Origin: an uncultured Gemmatimonadales bacterium
GTDB taxonomy: Bacteria > Gemmatimonadota > Gemmatimonadetes > Longimicrobiales > Gaopeijiaceae
Length of the DNA: 64,000 bases
Assembly (NCBI GenBank): GCA_963823035.1
Contig: CAWGKG010000008.1
Coordinates: 64,001-128,000, forward strand
Direction: 5' to 3'
Shown here: positions 36,219 through 45,995 of the stretch, piece by piece
Numbering within the stretch: the stretch's first letter is position 1
Layout: each line of letters opens with the position of its first letter
Position numbers and translations under genes: made by a program
Notes under the pieces: model-generated
What the model saw: only the letters and a program-made list of their open reading frames with translations
Told to the model about the DNA's origin: nothing
Databases searched by the model: none

Positions 36219-36248
36219 GGAGAGCGCTCGCGCCGTGGCGGCAGCGGA

Positions 36249-37025
36249 TCAGAGCTTGATCCGTTCCTCCGCGTTGTTGCGCGTCAGCGTGATCTGGTTG
36301 GGCTCACCGCGCTCCACGTGGACGGGCACGTTCCAGTACAGCTCGGTATAGGGGAGCTCGTAGCGCGCGTACACCCAGTAGTCACCCGGCTTGACCTTCA
36401 GGTGGTTGCGGGCCACGCCGTTGGCGTCCGTGGTGTCGGTGACGCTCTCGCGTCCCTGCGCCTTCGCCTGGAAGACCTCGCCCACGTCCGCGAAGGCCTC
36501 GTCCGCCCAGTTCTCCTTGAGGATGCGGATCGAGTCCGACTGGCGGATCGTCGACTTCTGCAGGTTGGAGAACTCCTCGAAGGCCTGGTTCATCTGGCGC
36601 TCCACCCGCCCGAGCTGCGAGTCGAACTCCTGCCACTCGCGGAAGAGGGCGACGTAGCGTGCCTCGCCGCGGGAGTACTGACCCATCGTTTCGTTCAGCT
36701 TGGTCAGGGTGTCGCGCAGCGTGTTCCAGCGGTTCGTGGCCTGCTGCCAGCGACCCTGGGCCTGGGCGACCTCCTCGCGGGCGTCGAGCAGGGCCTGCGG
36801 GATCTCCGGCTCCGGCGTCCCGTACGCCCGGGTCAGCGAGTCGAAGACCTGGTCGCGGTCGAACGGAAGCAGATGAACCTCCATGTCCGGCACGGGATTG
36901 GTCACCATGCCCTCCCCCTCGGGATTGTTCATCGCCACCTCCGCGGTGACGACGACCTGTGCGGGTCCGCAGGCGGCCGCCGCGAGCAGCAACGCCATCG
37001 CCAAAGGAAGATACCTACGCCTCAT
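36249..37025 (-). CDS. Hypothetical lipoprotein (beta-sandwich with coiled-coil insertion)
   Basis: MRRRYLPLAMALLLAAAAC lipobox; helical middle; TTDANG..VKPGDYWV as in carboxypeptidase-regulatory-like domains. Confidence 0.8.
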   Translation of the reverse strand: MRRRYLPLAMALLLAAAACGPAQVVVTAEVAMNNPEGEGMVTNPVPDMEVHLLPFDRDQVFDSLTRAYGTPEPEIPQALLDAREEVAQAQGRWQQATNRWNTLRDTLTKLNETMGQYSRGEARYVALFREWQEFDSQLGRVERQMNQAFEEFSNLQKSTIRQSDSIRILKENWADEAFADVGEVFQAKAQGRESVTDTTDANGVARNHLKVKPGDYWVYARYELPYTELYWNVPVHVERGEPNQITLTRNNAEERIKL

Positions 37026-37169
37026 CTCGCTCTCCGTCGCTCGGTCCGGAAAAGAAACGGCCCGAAGGTATCACCTCGCTCAGGGAGCAGCAATGCTCCG
37101 GGCAAGCGGGGAATCTAAGGGAGGTGGGGGGGTTCCGCACCTCCCCGCGGGAGGCGGCGCCCGGACACT

Positions 37170-37197
37170 CGAAGGGCGCCCCGCGGGGCGCCCTTCG
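37170..37197. repeat. Perfect 28-bp palindrome (terminator- or REP-like) downstream of the M23 gene
   Basis: CGAAGGGCGCCCCGCGGGGCGCCCTTCG is its own reverse complement. A second hairpin GGGAGGTG...CACCTCCC lies at about 37119-37145. Confidence 0.7.
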
Positions 37198-37227
37198 TTC
37201 GAGCCTGGATCCGAAGCCGGCGCGCGC

Positions 37228-38157
37228 CTACGGCACGACGTCCGGAAGGATGTAGTTGGTCGGGTTCTGCGGGATCCCGTTCAGGGACACCTCGTAGTGG
37301 AGGTGCGAGGACGTCGCGATCCCGGTGCTTCCGACCTGCGCGATCACGTCGCCACGGGCCACCTCCTGTCCCGGACGTACCAGGAGCTTGGAGGCATGGC
37401 CGTACAGCGTCGTGAACCCGTGCCCGTGGTCGATCACGACGGTGAGCCCGTATCCGACCACCCACTGGGCCCTGGTCACACGACCCTTCGCGGCGGCGAA
37501 GATCGGCGTGCCCTTCGGGGCCGCCAGATCGATGCCCTCGTGCGGGAGGGGGCGGTTGTGGATCGGATGCATCCGGGACTTCGAGAAGCGGCTCGACAGG
37601 AGCCCGGAGGTGGGGAGGATCGAGGGCATCGCCTCGAGGAGGTCGCGATGCGCTTCGAGCGAATCGCTGGCCTCGTCCAGCGAGGTGGCGAGCAGCCGGG
37701 CCCGACGCTCGAGGGCGCTCAGGTCGTAGGAGAGCGCGAAAGCGTCCTTGGCGGCCGTCGAATCCACGCTCCAGAGCGGATACGACTCCAGCGATCCCAG
37801 CCCCGGTCCACCGACGCCGGCCTGCAGCACCTCGGGGTCGATGGCGTCCAGGCCGGCGACCGTCCGGATGCGGCTGTCCTTCTCCGACAGCTCGTCCACC
37901 GTGCTCTCGAGGTCGCCCACGCGCGAGCGGAACTGCTCGAGCTCCGCGTTCAGCGCCTTGTTGCGGGCGGCGAGCTGCCGGTTCCGCACGCGCGCCATGG
38001 TATCCAGCGACGCCGACAGCCCGAATCCGGTGACGACCAGCACGAGGAGGGCGGCGAGGCCGACCAGCGTGCGCAGTCCACGCGCGGACAAGGTGTACTG
38101 CCGGACGGGGGTATCCTCGCCACGCACGACGAGGAACGTCCACCGGTCTCCGGTCAT
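37228..38157 (-). CDS. M23-family metallopeptidase with TM anchor and coiled coil
   Basis: HEGIDL, TLYGH and HLHYEV motifs. Confidence 0.92.
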   Translation of the reverse strand: MTGDRWTFLVVRGEDTPVRQYTLSARGLRTLVGLAALLVLVVTGFGLSASLDTMARVRNRQLAARNKALNAELEQFRSRVGDLESTVDELSEKDSRIRTVAGLDAIDPEVLQAGVGGPGLGSLESYPLWSVDSTAAKDAFALSYDLSALERRARLLATSLDEASDSLEAHRDLLEAMPSILPTSGLLSSRFSKSRMHPIHNRPLPHEGIDLAAPKGTPIFAAAKGRVTRAQWVVGYGLTVVIDHGHGFTTLYGHASKLLVRPGQEVARGDVIAQVGSTGIATSSHLHYEVSLNGIPQNPTNYILPDVVP

Positions 38158-38262
38158 GCTGCGCCCTGGGTTCTCGTCAGCAGAAGGCCCCCCCAGGCAA
38201 GCTGACGCGTTGTCGTCCAGGAGGGGGAGCGAGTCGGCCCCTCGGGCCGGGTGTGTATTTCC

Positions 38263-38292
38263 AAGGTAGGCCCGCCGCTTCTCGGCAGTCAA
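38263..38292 (-). promoter_or_regulatory. Putative sigma-70 promoter for the M23 gene
   Basis: TTGACT-18 nt-TACCTT on the minus strand. Confidence 0.5.
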
Positions 38293-38362
38293 GCAGGAAA
38301 AGCTCCAATGAGAAGGGCAGTCCGCAGCCCTCGCCCGGCCCCGGTGGGCCCGCCGATCGCCG

Positions 38363-39925
38363 TCATTCGGACGCGCTCGACCACGAGGGCTCGACGCGGG
38401 GGAAGAGGGGATCGCCCCTGGAGACCGTCCGTCCGGCGAGGGCCACGCCGCGAGCTTCCTCGAGCGTCGGGACCCTGTCGAGACCGAGGCGCGTAGCCAT
38501 CTCCGCCATGCGCGCAGGCGTGACCGGCTCGAAGAGCGCGCACAGCGCGACGAGCGCCCGCATGAGCGACATGAGCGTCTCGTCCAGCGCGTCGGCTGCA
38601 TCGGCGTCCTTCGCCTGGGCCCACGGCTGGCGCTCCTCCACGTAGCCGTTGGCCGTACGGGCCAGCTCCATCGCGCCCGCCAGCGCGTCGTGGATCCGGA
38701 AGCGGGCGAGGTTGTCCCGCGCGGCGGTGAAGGCGGTCTCGATGGCCGCGTCCAGCCCCGCGCCGGGCGCGTCCGGAACCACGCCGTCCCGGTACTTCAC
38801 GATCATCGACACCACCCGGCTGGCCAGGTTGCCGAGGATGTTGGCCAACTCCTCGTAGCGGACGAGGAAGCGCTCGGGGGTGTAGGACGCATCGGCACCG
38901 GTCGGCATCTCGCGCATCAGGTACCAGCGCACGGCGTCCGTTCCGAACTCTGCGCGCAGGGCCAGCGGATCGACGACGTTGCCCAGCGACTTGGACATCT
39001 TGGTGTCGCCGACCACCCACCACCCGTGCGAGAGGATCTGCCGCTGCAGGGGCAGGCCCACCCCCATGAGCAGCGTCGGCCAGTACACGGCGTGGGTCGT
39101 GATGATGTCCTTCCCCATGAGGTGCAGGTCGGCGGGCCACCACGATCCCGATACGTCCTCGAAGCCCTGCTCCCCCACGGGGCGTTCCGGATGGATGGCG
39201 CCCGACGCGGTCAGGTAGTTGATGAGCGCGTCGACCCAGACGTAGGCCACGTGCTCCTCGTCGAAGGGGAGCGGGATGCCCCAACGCACGCGCTTCCTGG
39301 GACGGGAGATCGACAGGTCCTCGAGCGGCTTCTGCAGGAAGCCCAGGATCTCGTTGCGCCGGATCTCCGGGACGATCCAGTCCGGGTTCTCCTCGATGTG
39401 CCGGACCAGCGCCTCCTGGTACGCGCTCATGCGGAAGAAGTAGTTCACCTCCTCCACGTGCTGCGTGGGGCGGCCGCAGATCGGGCAGGCGTTGTCCGGG
39501 CCGAGGTCCTTCTGCGTCCAGTAGCGCTCGTCGGGGACGCAGTACCAGCCGCTGTACGTGCTCTCGTAGATCTGGTCGCGGTCCCACAGGCGCTGAAGGA
39601 AGGCGGTCACGACCGCGACGTGCTCGGCCTCGCTCGTGCGGATGAAGCGGTCGTAGCTGATCGCGAGCGTCCTCCACGCGGCCTCGAAGCGCTCGGCCAT
39701 CTGGTCGCACAGCTCGATCGGCTCGATGCCCCGGCGCGCGGCCTCCTCCTGGATCTTCTGGCCGTGCTCGTCCGTGCCGGTCAGGAAGAGCACGTCCTCG
39801 CCGTTCTGCCGGTAGAACCGCGCGAGCACGTCGGCGAGGATGGTCGTATAGGCGTGCCCCAGATGGGGCTCTCCCGACGCGTAGTAGATCGGCGTCGTGA
39901 CATAGCGCCGGCGGGTCTGGCTCAC
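38363..39925 (-). CDS. metG: Methionyl-tRNA synthetase (short form)
   Basis: YVTTPIYY, HLGH, GTDEHG, KMSKS motifs. Confidence 0.97.
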   Translation of the reverse strand: MSQTRRRYVTTPIYYASGEPHLGHAYTTILADVLARFYRQNGEDVLFLTGTDEHGQKIQEEAARRGIEPIELCDQMAERFEAAWRTLAISYDRFIRTSEAEHVAVVTAFLQRLWDRDQIYESTYSGWYCVPDERYWTQKDLGPDNACPICGRPTQHVEEVNYFFRMSAYQEALVRHIEENPDWIVPEIRRNEILGFLQKPLEDLSISRPRKRVRWGIPLPFDEEHVAYVWVDALINYLTASGAIHPERPVGEQGFEDVSGSWWPADLHLMGKDIITTHAVYWPTLLMGVGLPLQRQILSHGWWVVGDTKMSKSLGNVVDPLALRAEFGTDAVRWYLMREMPTGADASYTPERFLVRYEELANILGNLASRVVSMIVKYRDGVVPDAPGAGLDAAIETAFTAARDNLARFRIHDALAGAMELARTANGYVEERQPWAQAKDADAADALDETLMSLMRALVALCALFEPVTPARMAEMATRLGLDRVPTLEEARGVALAGRTVSRGDPLFPRVEPSWSSASE

Positions 39926-40797
39926 TCCTCGGGATCTCCCTTCCGGTCCCCGGCTTGATCGTCTCGGCGGCCCTGGGCGACCTCACCCTTGAGGTCGTCG
40001 AGCGCCAGCGACCTCCGCTCGCCGTCTCGCGAGCGCAGCGTCACGGTGTCCCGCCAGATGTCGACGGCCACCACCTTCTCCTCGCCGAGGGCCGTGCGCA
40101 GCGTCTTGCCCTCCCGCGGGAAGCGCCGACGGGCCTCGACGTACGTGCGGTGCTCGTACATCAGGCAGCACATGAGCCGGCCGCAGCAGCCGGAGATCTG
40201 GGCGGGGTTCAGCGACAGGCGCTGGTCCTTCGCCAGCTGGAGGCCGACGGGCTTCAGCTCGGGAAGCCACGTGGAGCAGCACAGCTCGCGGCCGCAGCGA
40301 CCCACCCCGCCCAGCAGCGCCGCCTCGTCGCGCACGCCGATCTGTCTGAGCTCGATGCGCGTGCGGAAGGTGCGCGCCAGGTCGCGGACCAGCTCGCGGA
40401 AGTCGACGCGCCGATCCGCCGTGAAGTAGAGGAGGAGCTTGTTGCGGTCGAACTGCCACTCCGCCTCGGTGACCTTCATCTTCAGGCCGTGCCGCTCGAC
40501 GATCCCGCGCGCCTCGCCACGCACGCGCTCCTCGTCGTCGCGCAGCGTCTCGGAGCGCGACACCTCGTCCGACCTGGCGAGGCGCAGCACCCGCTTCTCC
40601 GGCGTGGGCGTGGCGCACCCCCCGGACGACGAGCACTTGCGCTCGGCGATCACGCCGACGGCCGAGACCTCGCCGAGGTCCTCGCCCCGATCGGCCTCCA
40701 CCACGACCGGCAGGCCGGGACGAAGGTCCAGGTCCTCTCCATAGGAGAAGTACGCCTTGCGCGTGCCCTTGAAGCGGACTTCGGCGAAGCCTGCCAC
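39922..40797 (-). CDS. ricT: PSP1-domain RicT/YaaT-family protein
   Basis: RVDFRELV, GRCGRELCC, ISGCCGRLMCCL; adjacent to metG. Confidence 0.9.
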   Translation of the reverse strand: MAGFAEVRFKGTRKAYFSYGEDLDLRPGLPVVVEADRGEDLGEVSAVGVIAERKCSSSGGCATPTPEKRVLRLARSDEVSRSETLRDDEERVRGEARGIVERHGLKMKVTEAEWQFDRNKLLLYFTADRRVDFRELVRDLARTFRTRIELRQIGVRDEAALLGGVGRCGRELCCSTWLPELKPVGLQLAKDQRLSLNPAQISGCCGRLMCCLMYEHRTYVEARRRFPREGKTLRTALGEEKVVAVDIWRDTVTLRSRDGERRSLALDDLKGEVAQGRRDDQAGDRKGDPEE

Positions 40798-40804
40798 GGG
40801 GACG

Positions 40805-41767
40805 CTAGACCTCCCGCCAGGCGCCGATCGACCCGAACTTCTCCCACCGCTCCTCGAGGAGCCTCTCGGTGGAGCGCGCGCACAGCGTGTCCAGCACGCG
40901 CACGAGCGAGCGCCGCAGGTTGACGGCGGTCCCGTCCCAGTCCGCGTGCGCGCCTCCCGGCGGCTCGGGCACGATCTCGTCGCACACGCCCAACTCGGTC
41001 AGGTTGCTCGAGGTGAGCCGCAGCGCGTCCGCCGCCTTCTCCCGGTGCTCGGCCGATCGCCAGAGGATGGCCGCGCACCCCTCCGGCGTGATCACCGAAT
41101 AGATCGCGTGCTCGAGCATGAGGATCCGGTCCGTGACGCCCAGCGCGAGCGCGCCGCCGGAGCCGCCCTCGCCGATCACGACGCTCACCAACGGCGTACG
41201 CAGCCTGGCCATCTCACGCAGGTTCATGGCGATGGCCTCGGCCTGTCCGCGCTCCTCGGCGCCGATGCCCGGGTACGCCCCGGGGGTGTCGATGAGCGTG
41301 ACCACCGGACGGTGGAACTTCTCCGCCAGCCGCATGAGGCGGAGCGCCTTCCGGTAGCCCTCGGGATGGGGCATGCCGAAGTTGCGCCGCAGGTTCTCCT
41401 TCATGTCCCGGCCCTTCTGGTGGCCGATGACCATGATCGAGCGGCCGTCCAGGTCGGCCCATCCGCCGACCACGGCCTCGTCGTCGCGGAAGGCGCGGTC
41501 GCCGTGCAGCTCGATCCAATCGGCGAAGATCCGCTCGATGTAGTCGAGCGAGTAGGGGCGGCGCGGGTGACGCGCGACCTGGACCTGCTCCATGGGGCGC
41601 AGGTTCTCGTACGTCTGCTCCGTGAGGGACTGCAGCTTCTCGCGCAAGACGATCACCTCCGCCGAGACGTCGATGCCCTTGCGATCCGCGACGTCCAGGA
41701 GCCGGTCGATCTGACCCTGGATCTCGATGATGTCGCGCTCGAACTCGAGATGAGAGGCGGTGGCCAC
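40805..41767 (-). CDS. accA: Acetyl-CoA carboxylase carboxyltransferase alpha subunit
   Basis: ELHGDR, NFGMPHPEGYRKALR, GAEERGQ, GEGGSGGA motifs. Confidence 0.97.
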   Translation of the reverse strand: MATASHLEFERDIIEIQGQIDRLLDVADRKGIDVSAEVIVLREKLQSLTEQTYENLRPMEQVQVARHPRRPYSLDYIERIFADWIELHGDRAFRDDEAVVGGWADLDGRSIMVIGHQKGRDMKENLRRNFGMPHPEGYRKALRLMRLAEKFHRPVVTLIDTPGAYPGIGAEERGQAEAIAMNLREMARLRTPLVSVVIGEGGSGGALALGVTDRILMLEHAIYSVITPEGCAAILWRSAEHREKAADALRLTSSNLTELGVCDEIVPEPPGGAHADWDGTAVNLRRSLVRVLDTLCARSTERLLEERWEKFGSIGAWREV

Positions 41768-41856
41768 TGGAAGTCCTGGTCAAGTTTGGCGGCAAACCGT
41801 AAACCTCGCCGCGGTCGCCCGGGGTCCGCAAGCGACGGCGCCCCGGGCGCCCGGAT

Positions 41857-42855
41857 TCACCCGCGCACGACCTCGAAGGCCTCGACCTCGGCGAAGCCCT
41901 GGAGCCGGCCCCAGTAACGGGCGTAGGCCTGGGCCATGCGCGGCGCCAGGTCGGGGCGCGGGCCGCCCGCCCCCTGGAAGGCGGTGAGCGCCTCCATCTT
42001 CTCCATGAGCTGCTCGGCCACCTCCTCCAGGCGTGTCGGCCTGAACTCGGTGCCGGTGGTGGCGGTCTGATACCCCAGAACCAGCGGGACGGACTCGAGC
42101 TCGGTCTTGCCGATGCGGAACGCCTCCCTGCGCGCGGGGAGGTCGTCGTCCATGGCGGGGACGAACGCGATCCGGGGCGCGAGCTCCTTCACGACGCGGC
42201 GCACGAGCTGGATTCGCCTTTCGGTGTCGCCCATCGCGGCCTCCTCGAGCGTGAGCCGGGCGCCGAGCCGGAGCGCCGCCTCCCGCGCCGCCGCCGCCCC
42301 GGAGGCGTCCAGATCGTCGCGGCAGAGGGGGAGCACCACGACCTCGGCGCCCGCCTGCCTGTACTTGAGGAGCGTGCCGCCGCAGCCCATCACCACGTCG
42401 CCGACCAGCCCGCCGATCGCCAGCACGGTGTCCCGGGCGGGTGCGCTCGAGGCGGTCCCGGTCCCCGGGGATTTCCCGGTCAGCTCCCTGATCTTCCGCA
42501 GGAACTCCTCCTTGTCCAGCGGCTTGATGAGCAGCTCGGTGGCGCCCGCGCGGTAGGCCTCCTCCTGGTAGTGCGTGCCCGTGTAGCCCGTGATCGCCAG
42601 GATCGGGAGGGAGGGGTGGACCGACTGGGCGATGCGGCACAGCTCGAAGCCGTCGATGCCCGGGAGGTTGAGGTCGGTGATCAGCAGGCCCCACTCGCGC
42701 TCGCGGAGGAGCTGGGCTGCATGATCCCCGTCCTGGGAGTGCGTGACCTGGAAGTCGCCGGGCGCCGCCTGGAGGAACGCCTTGACCAGGAGGGCCTGGT
42801 CGAAAGCGTCTTCGGCGAAGAGGACGCGGATGGTCTGATCCGTATCGGGACTCAC
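41857..42855 (-). CDS. Response regulator receiver fused to a degenerate PIG-L/LmbE-like domain
   Basis: REC: FAED, ITDLNLP, ITG, IKP. The C-domain VLAIGGLVGDVVMGCGGTL...EAFEVVR resembles LmbE. Confidence 0.8.
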   Translation of the reverse strand: MSPDTDQTIRVLFAEDAFDQALLVKAFLQAAPGDFQVTHSQDGDHAAQLLREREWGLLITDLNLPGIDGFELCRIAQSVHPSLPILAITGYTGTHYQEEAYRAGATELLIKPLDKEEFLRKIRELTGKSPGTGTASSAPARDTVLAIGGLVGDVVMGCGGTLLKYRQAGAEVVVLPLCRDDLDASGAAAAREAALRLGARLTLEEAAMGDTERRIQLVRRVVKELAPRIAFVPAMDDDLPARREAFRIGKTELESVPLVLGYQTATTGTEFRPTRLEEVAEQLMEKMEALTAFQGAGGPRPDLAPRMAQAYARYWGRLQGFAEVEAFEVVRG

Positions 42856-43003
42856 CGACACTCCTGGAGAGGGGGTCCGGAGGACACGGACAGTGTAGCG
42901 GCTGCGCCCCGGAAGGCCAGGGCCGGATGCAACCTACGGGGCCTTCGATCCGTCCAGTAGGTGGAGGCGTGCATCGCGAGGCAGGGACGACCGGAGGAGA
43001 CGA

Positions 43004-43812
43004 ATGCGGATCGGGATGACGGGAGTGCTGGCGGCGACGTGCCTGGTGGCGGCGCCGCTCCAGGCCCAGGTGCGCTGGGAGCGCGGGAATCAGGACGTGG
43101 TGCGATCGGGAGTGGGGCAGCCGCGACGGCGACCGCTTCTGCGAGGTACGGACGGCGACGATCCCGGCCACCGCGAGGCTCGACGTCGACGGCGGCGCCA
43201 ACGGTGGTGTGCACGTGGCGGCGTGGGACGGCGACCGCATCCAGGTGGAGGCCCGCGTGTGGGCGAACGCGCGCTCGGAGGATCGGGCGGAGGAGATCGC
43301 GAACGACGTGGAGATCGTCGTCGACGGCGGCCGCATCCGCTCCGAGGGGCCGCGCACCGGCCGACGCGAGGGGTGGGGCGTGAGCTTCGAGGTGCGGGTC
43401 CCGCGCGACATCGGACCTGCGACTGCGCACGACCAACGGCGGCATCGAGGTCACGGACGTGTCGGGTGACATCGAATTCCGCGCCACCAACGGTGGTGTG
43501 ACGCTCACCGGCGTGGCCGGCGACGTACGTGGCCGGACCACGAACGGCGGTCTGCACGTGGAGCTGGCGGGCGAGGGGTGGAGCGGGTCGGGGATGGACG
43601 TGGAGACCACCAACGGCGGGATCACCCTCCTCGTTCCGGAGGACTATTCCGCGGAGCTCGAGGCGCGCACGACCAACGGCGGCATCGACGTCGGGTTCCC
43701 GGTCACGGTCCAGGGGCGCATCGGTCGCCAGCTGCATGCCACGCTGGGTGACGGCGGAGCGACCATCCGCGCGACGACGACGAACGGAGGCGTGCGCATC
43801 TCACGCCGTTGA
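43004..43812 (+). CDS. Secreted DUF4097 beta-strand-repeat protein; several apparent frameshifts (about 43100-43140 and 43415)
   Basis: Signal peptide and repeated TTNGG[IVL] motifs. Confidence 0.8.
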
Positions 43813-45079
43813 CGGCGGGCCTGAGCCCGGCGGCGCCTCCGGGGCGGGACCGGCCTTCCCCGTCGGGGGGGCCGGATCGCCCGTGGGCTCGGGCAGGAAG
43901 TGCCAGACGATGAGCCCCATCGTGAGGACGGAGACGGCGCCGAGCGCGGTGTTCGAGGCGTAGCCCACCTTCGCGAAGAGGGGGCCCGCCAGGGCGCCGC
44001 CCGCCGCGAAGCCGACCTGCCCGAGGGCCACCGTGAGGCTCATGAGGGAGCCGCGACGCTCGTCCCTGACCAGCGCAGTGAGCAGCGCCGAGAAGGGGCT
44101 CGTGCGCATGGCGATGAGCACCATGGTCAGGAAGAAGACGGGGTACGCCATCCAGAGCGCCCCGCACGACGTAGGGGGTCGCCACCATCACGATCGACAG
44201 GCCCACGCTCGCCATCAGGATGATCCCCCGCCGACCGACCCGATCGGAGAGGCGTCCGGCCTGGGGCCCCGTGATCACGTTCGCGAAGCCGCCGAGGAGG
44301 TACATCGTGGCGATCTGGCCGGGGGTGACGCCGCGGACGCGTTCGAGCCAGGTCGGGAGGTAGACCGTGAAGAGCGAGATGCCCAGGAACATCACGAAGT
44401 ACGCGGCGGCGGCCCACGCCACCTCGGGTCGGGCGAGCATCGCGAGGTAGTCGGCCGCCGCCTGGCGCACGCTGAGCCGTCCCGCGGTGCGCTTGACCGG
44501 AGGTTGCGGGACACGAAGGAAGATCAGCACGACGGTGGCGGCCATCGTCGCGGCGAAGATCCAGAAGGGCGCCCTGAAGCCCCAGCGGCTCGACAGCACG
44601 ATGCCGAGCGGGATCCCCACGATCTGCCCGACCGCGGAGCCGCTCATCACCCACCCCGTGGCCCATCCGCGCCGGTGGTAGGGGAAGTAGTCGCCGATGT
44701 AGGACACGGCCGCGCCGGAGAGCATCCCTCCGGCCATCCCCGCGAAGACCCGTACGGCCAGGAAGGCGGTGTAGCTGGTCACGAAGCCGTGCAGCACCAG
44801 CGCCACCGTCATCGTGCCGCATCCCAGCAGGAGGATGCGCCGGCGCCCGAACTTGTCGGACACCGGCCCCGCCAGGATGGCGAAGAGGCCGACCATGAGC
44901 GTGTACGCGGACACCAGCGTGCCCAGCGCCGCGTCGGGAATGCCCAGCTGGTCGCCGATCTGCGGGAGGATCGGCGAGATGATCATCGTCTGGCTCGCGC
45001 TGGAGAAGACCAGCAGCCAGAGCGTGAAGACGATGAGGTGGGGAGAGGGCCGTCTGAACTCCCCTTTGCGGCCCGTCAT
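43801..45079 (-). CDS. MFS transporter; apparent frameshift near 44160
   Basis: GPVSDKFGRRR and GRLSDRVGRR motif-A copies. Confidence 0.88.
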
Positions 45080-45090
45080 GCAATCTGTGG

Positions 45091-45869
45091 TCAGGCGCCG
45101 TCGCGATGCAGCAGCATGGCGTGACGCTGGTCCGTCGGCATCAGCACCAGGTTGATCACGTCCACGTGGTCCGGCACGTTCGCCACGTACACGACGGCGT
45201 CGGCGATGTCCTCGCCCGTGAGCGGCGTGGTGTTCGCGTAGACGCTCGGCGGCGCGCTCCGTATCGCCGTGGAAGCGCACCTCGCTGAACTCGGTCTCCG
45301 TGAGGCCGGGATCCACGCTCGATACGCGCACCTTGGTATCGAGCAGGTCCATGTTCATCCCCTCGTTGAGCGCCCACACGGCGAACTTCGTCGCGTTGTA
45401 GACCGCGCCCTTCGGGTAGACCCAGCGCCCCGCGATGCTGCCGATGTTGATCACGTGTCCGGCGTCGCGCGCGACCATGTGCGGGAGGATCGCCCGCGAC
45501 ATGTACAGCAGACCCCTTCACGTTCGTGTCGATCATGTCGTCCCAGTCGTCCGGATCGCCCTCGTGCAGCTTGTCGAAGCCGCGCGCCTTGCCGGCGTTG
45601 TTGACCAGGATGTCCGGTAGGAGGCGCTCCTCCGCGAGCCGCTCCACGAAGGAGAAGACGGCGGCGCGGTCGGTCACGTCGAGGGGATAGGCGTGGGCCT
45701 GGACGCCGTGCTTCTCGGCGAGCTCCGAGGCGAGCTCGGCCACGCGATCCTCACGCCTCGCCACGAGCACCAGGTCGGCGCCCTTCTCCGCGAACAGCCG
45801 CGCGCATGCCTCTCCGATGCCCGCCGAGGCGCCGGTGACGAGGACGCGCTTTCCTACGATTCGGTTCAT
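45091..45869 (-). CDS. SDR oxidoreductase (YdfG-like); apparent frameshifts near 45515 and 45245
   Basis: TGASAGIG, LVNNAG, YNATK, ETEFSEVRF motifs. Confidence 0.88.
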
Positions 45870-45995
45870 TCTCCGCTCCTTTTCCGGAGGATCACACGCG
45901 CGCCGGACGGGCGCAACCGCGGGCCCCGCAGCCCTGGCGGACGACGGGGCCCTTCCACTACCGTGGCGCGTCCCGCGGCCCCTCAGGAGCACGTC

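Noticed and set aside
38158..38260. Possible riboswitch in the M23 leader
   Set aside because: Hairpins are present, but I could not match c-di-AMP or other known consensus motifs.
38363..40797. 'Sporulation' protein PSP1/RicT in a probable non-sporulating organism
   Set aside because: RicT/YaaT next to metG is a widespread, known arrangement.
43420..43800. Repeated ACCAACGGCGG units resembling a repeat array
   Set aside because: They encode the TTNGG repeats of DUF4097 and have no CRISPR repeat-spacer structure or cas genes.
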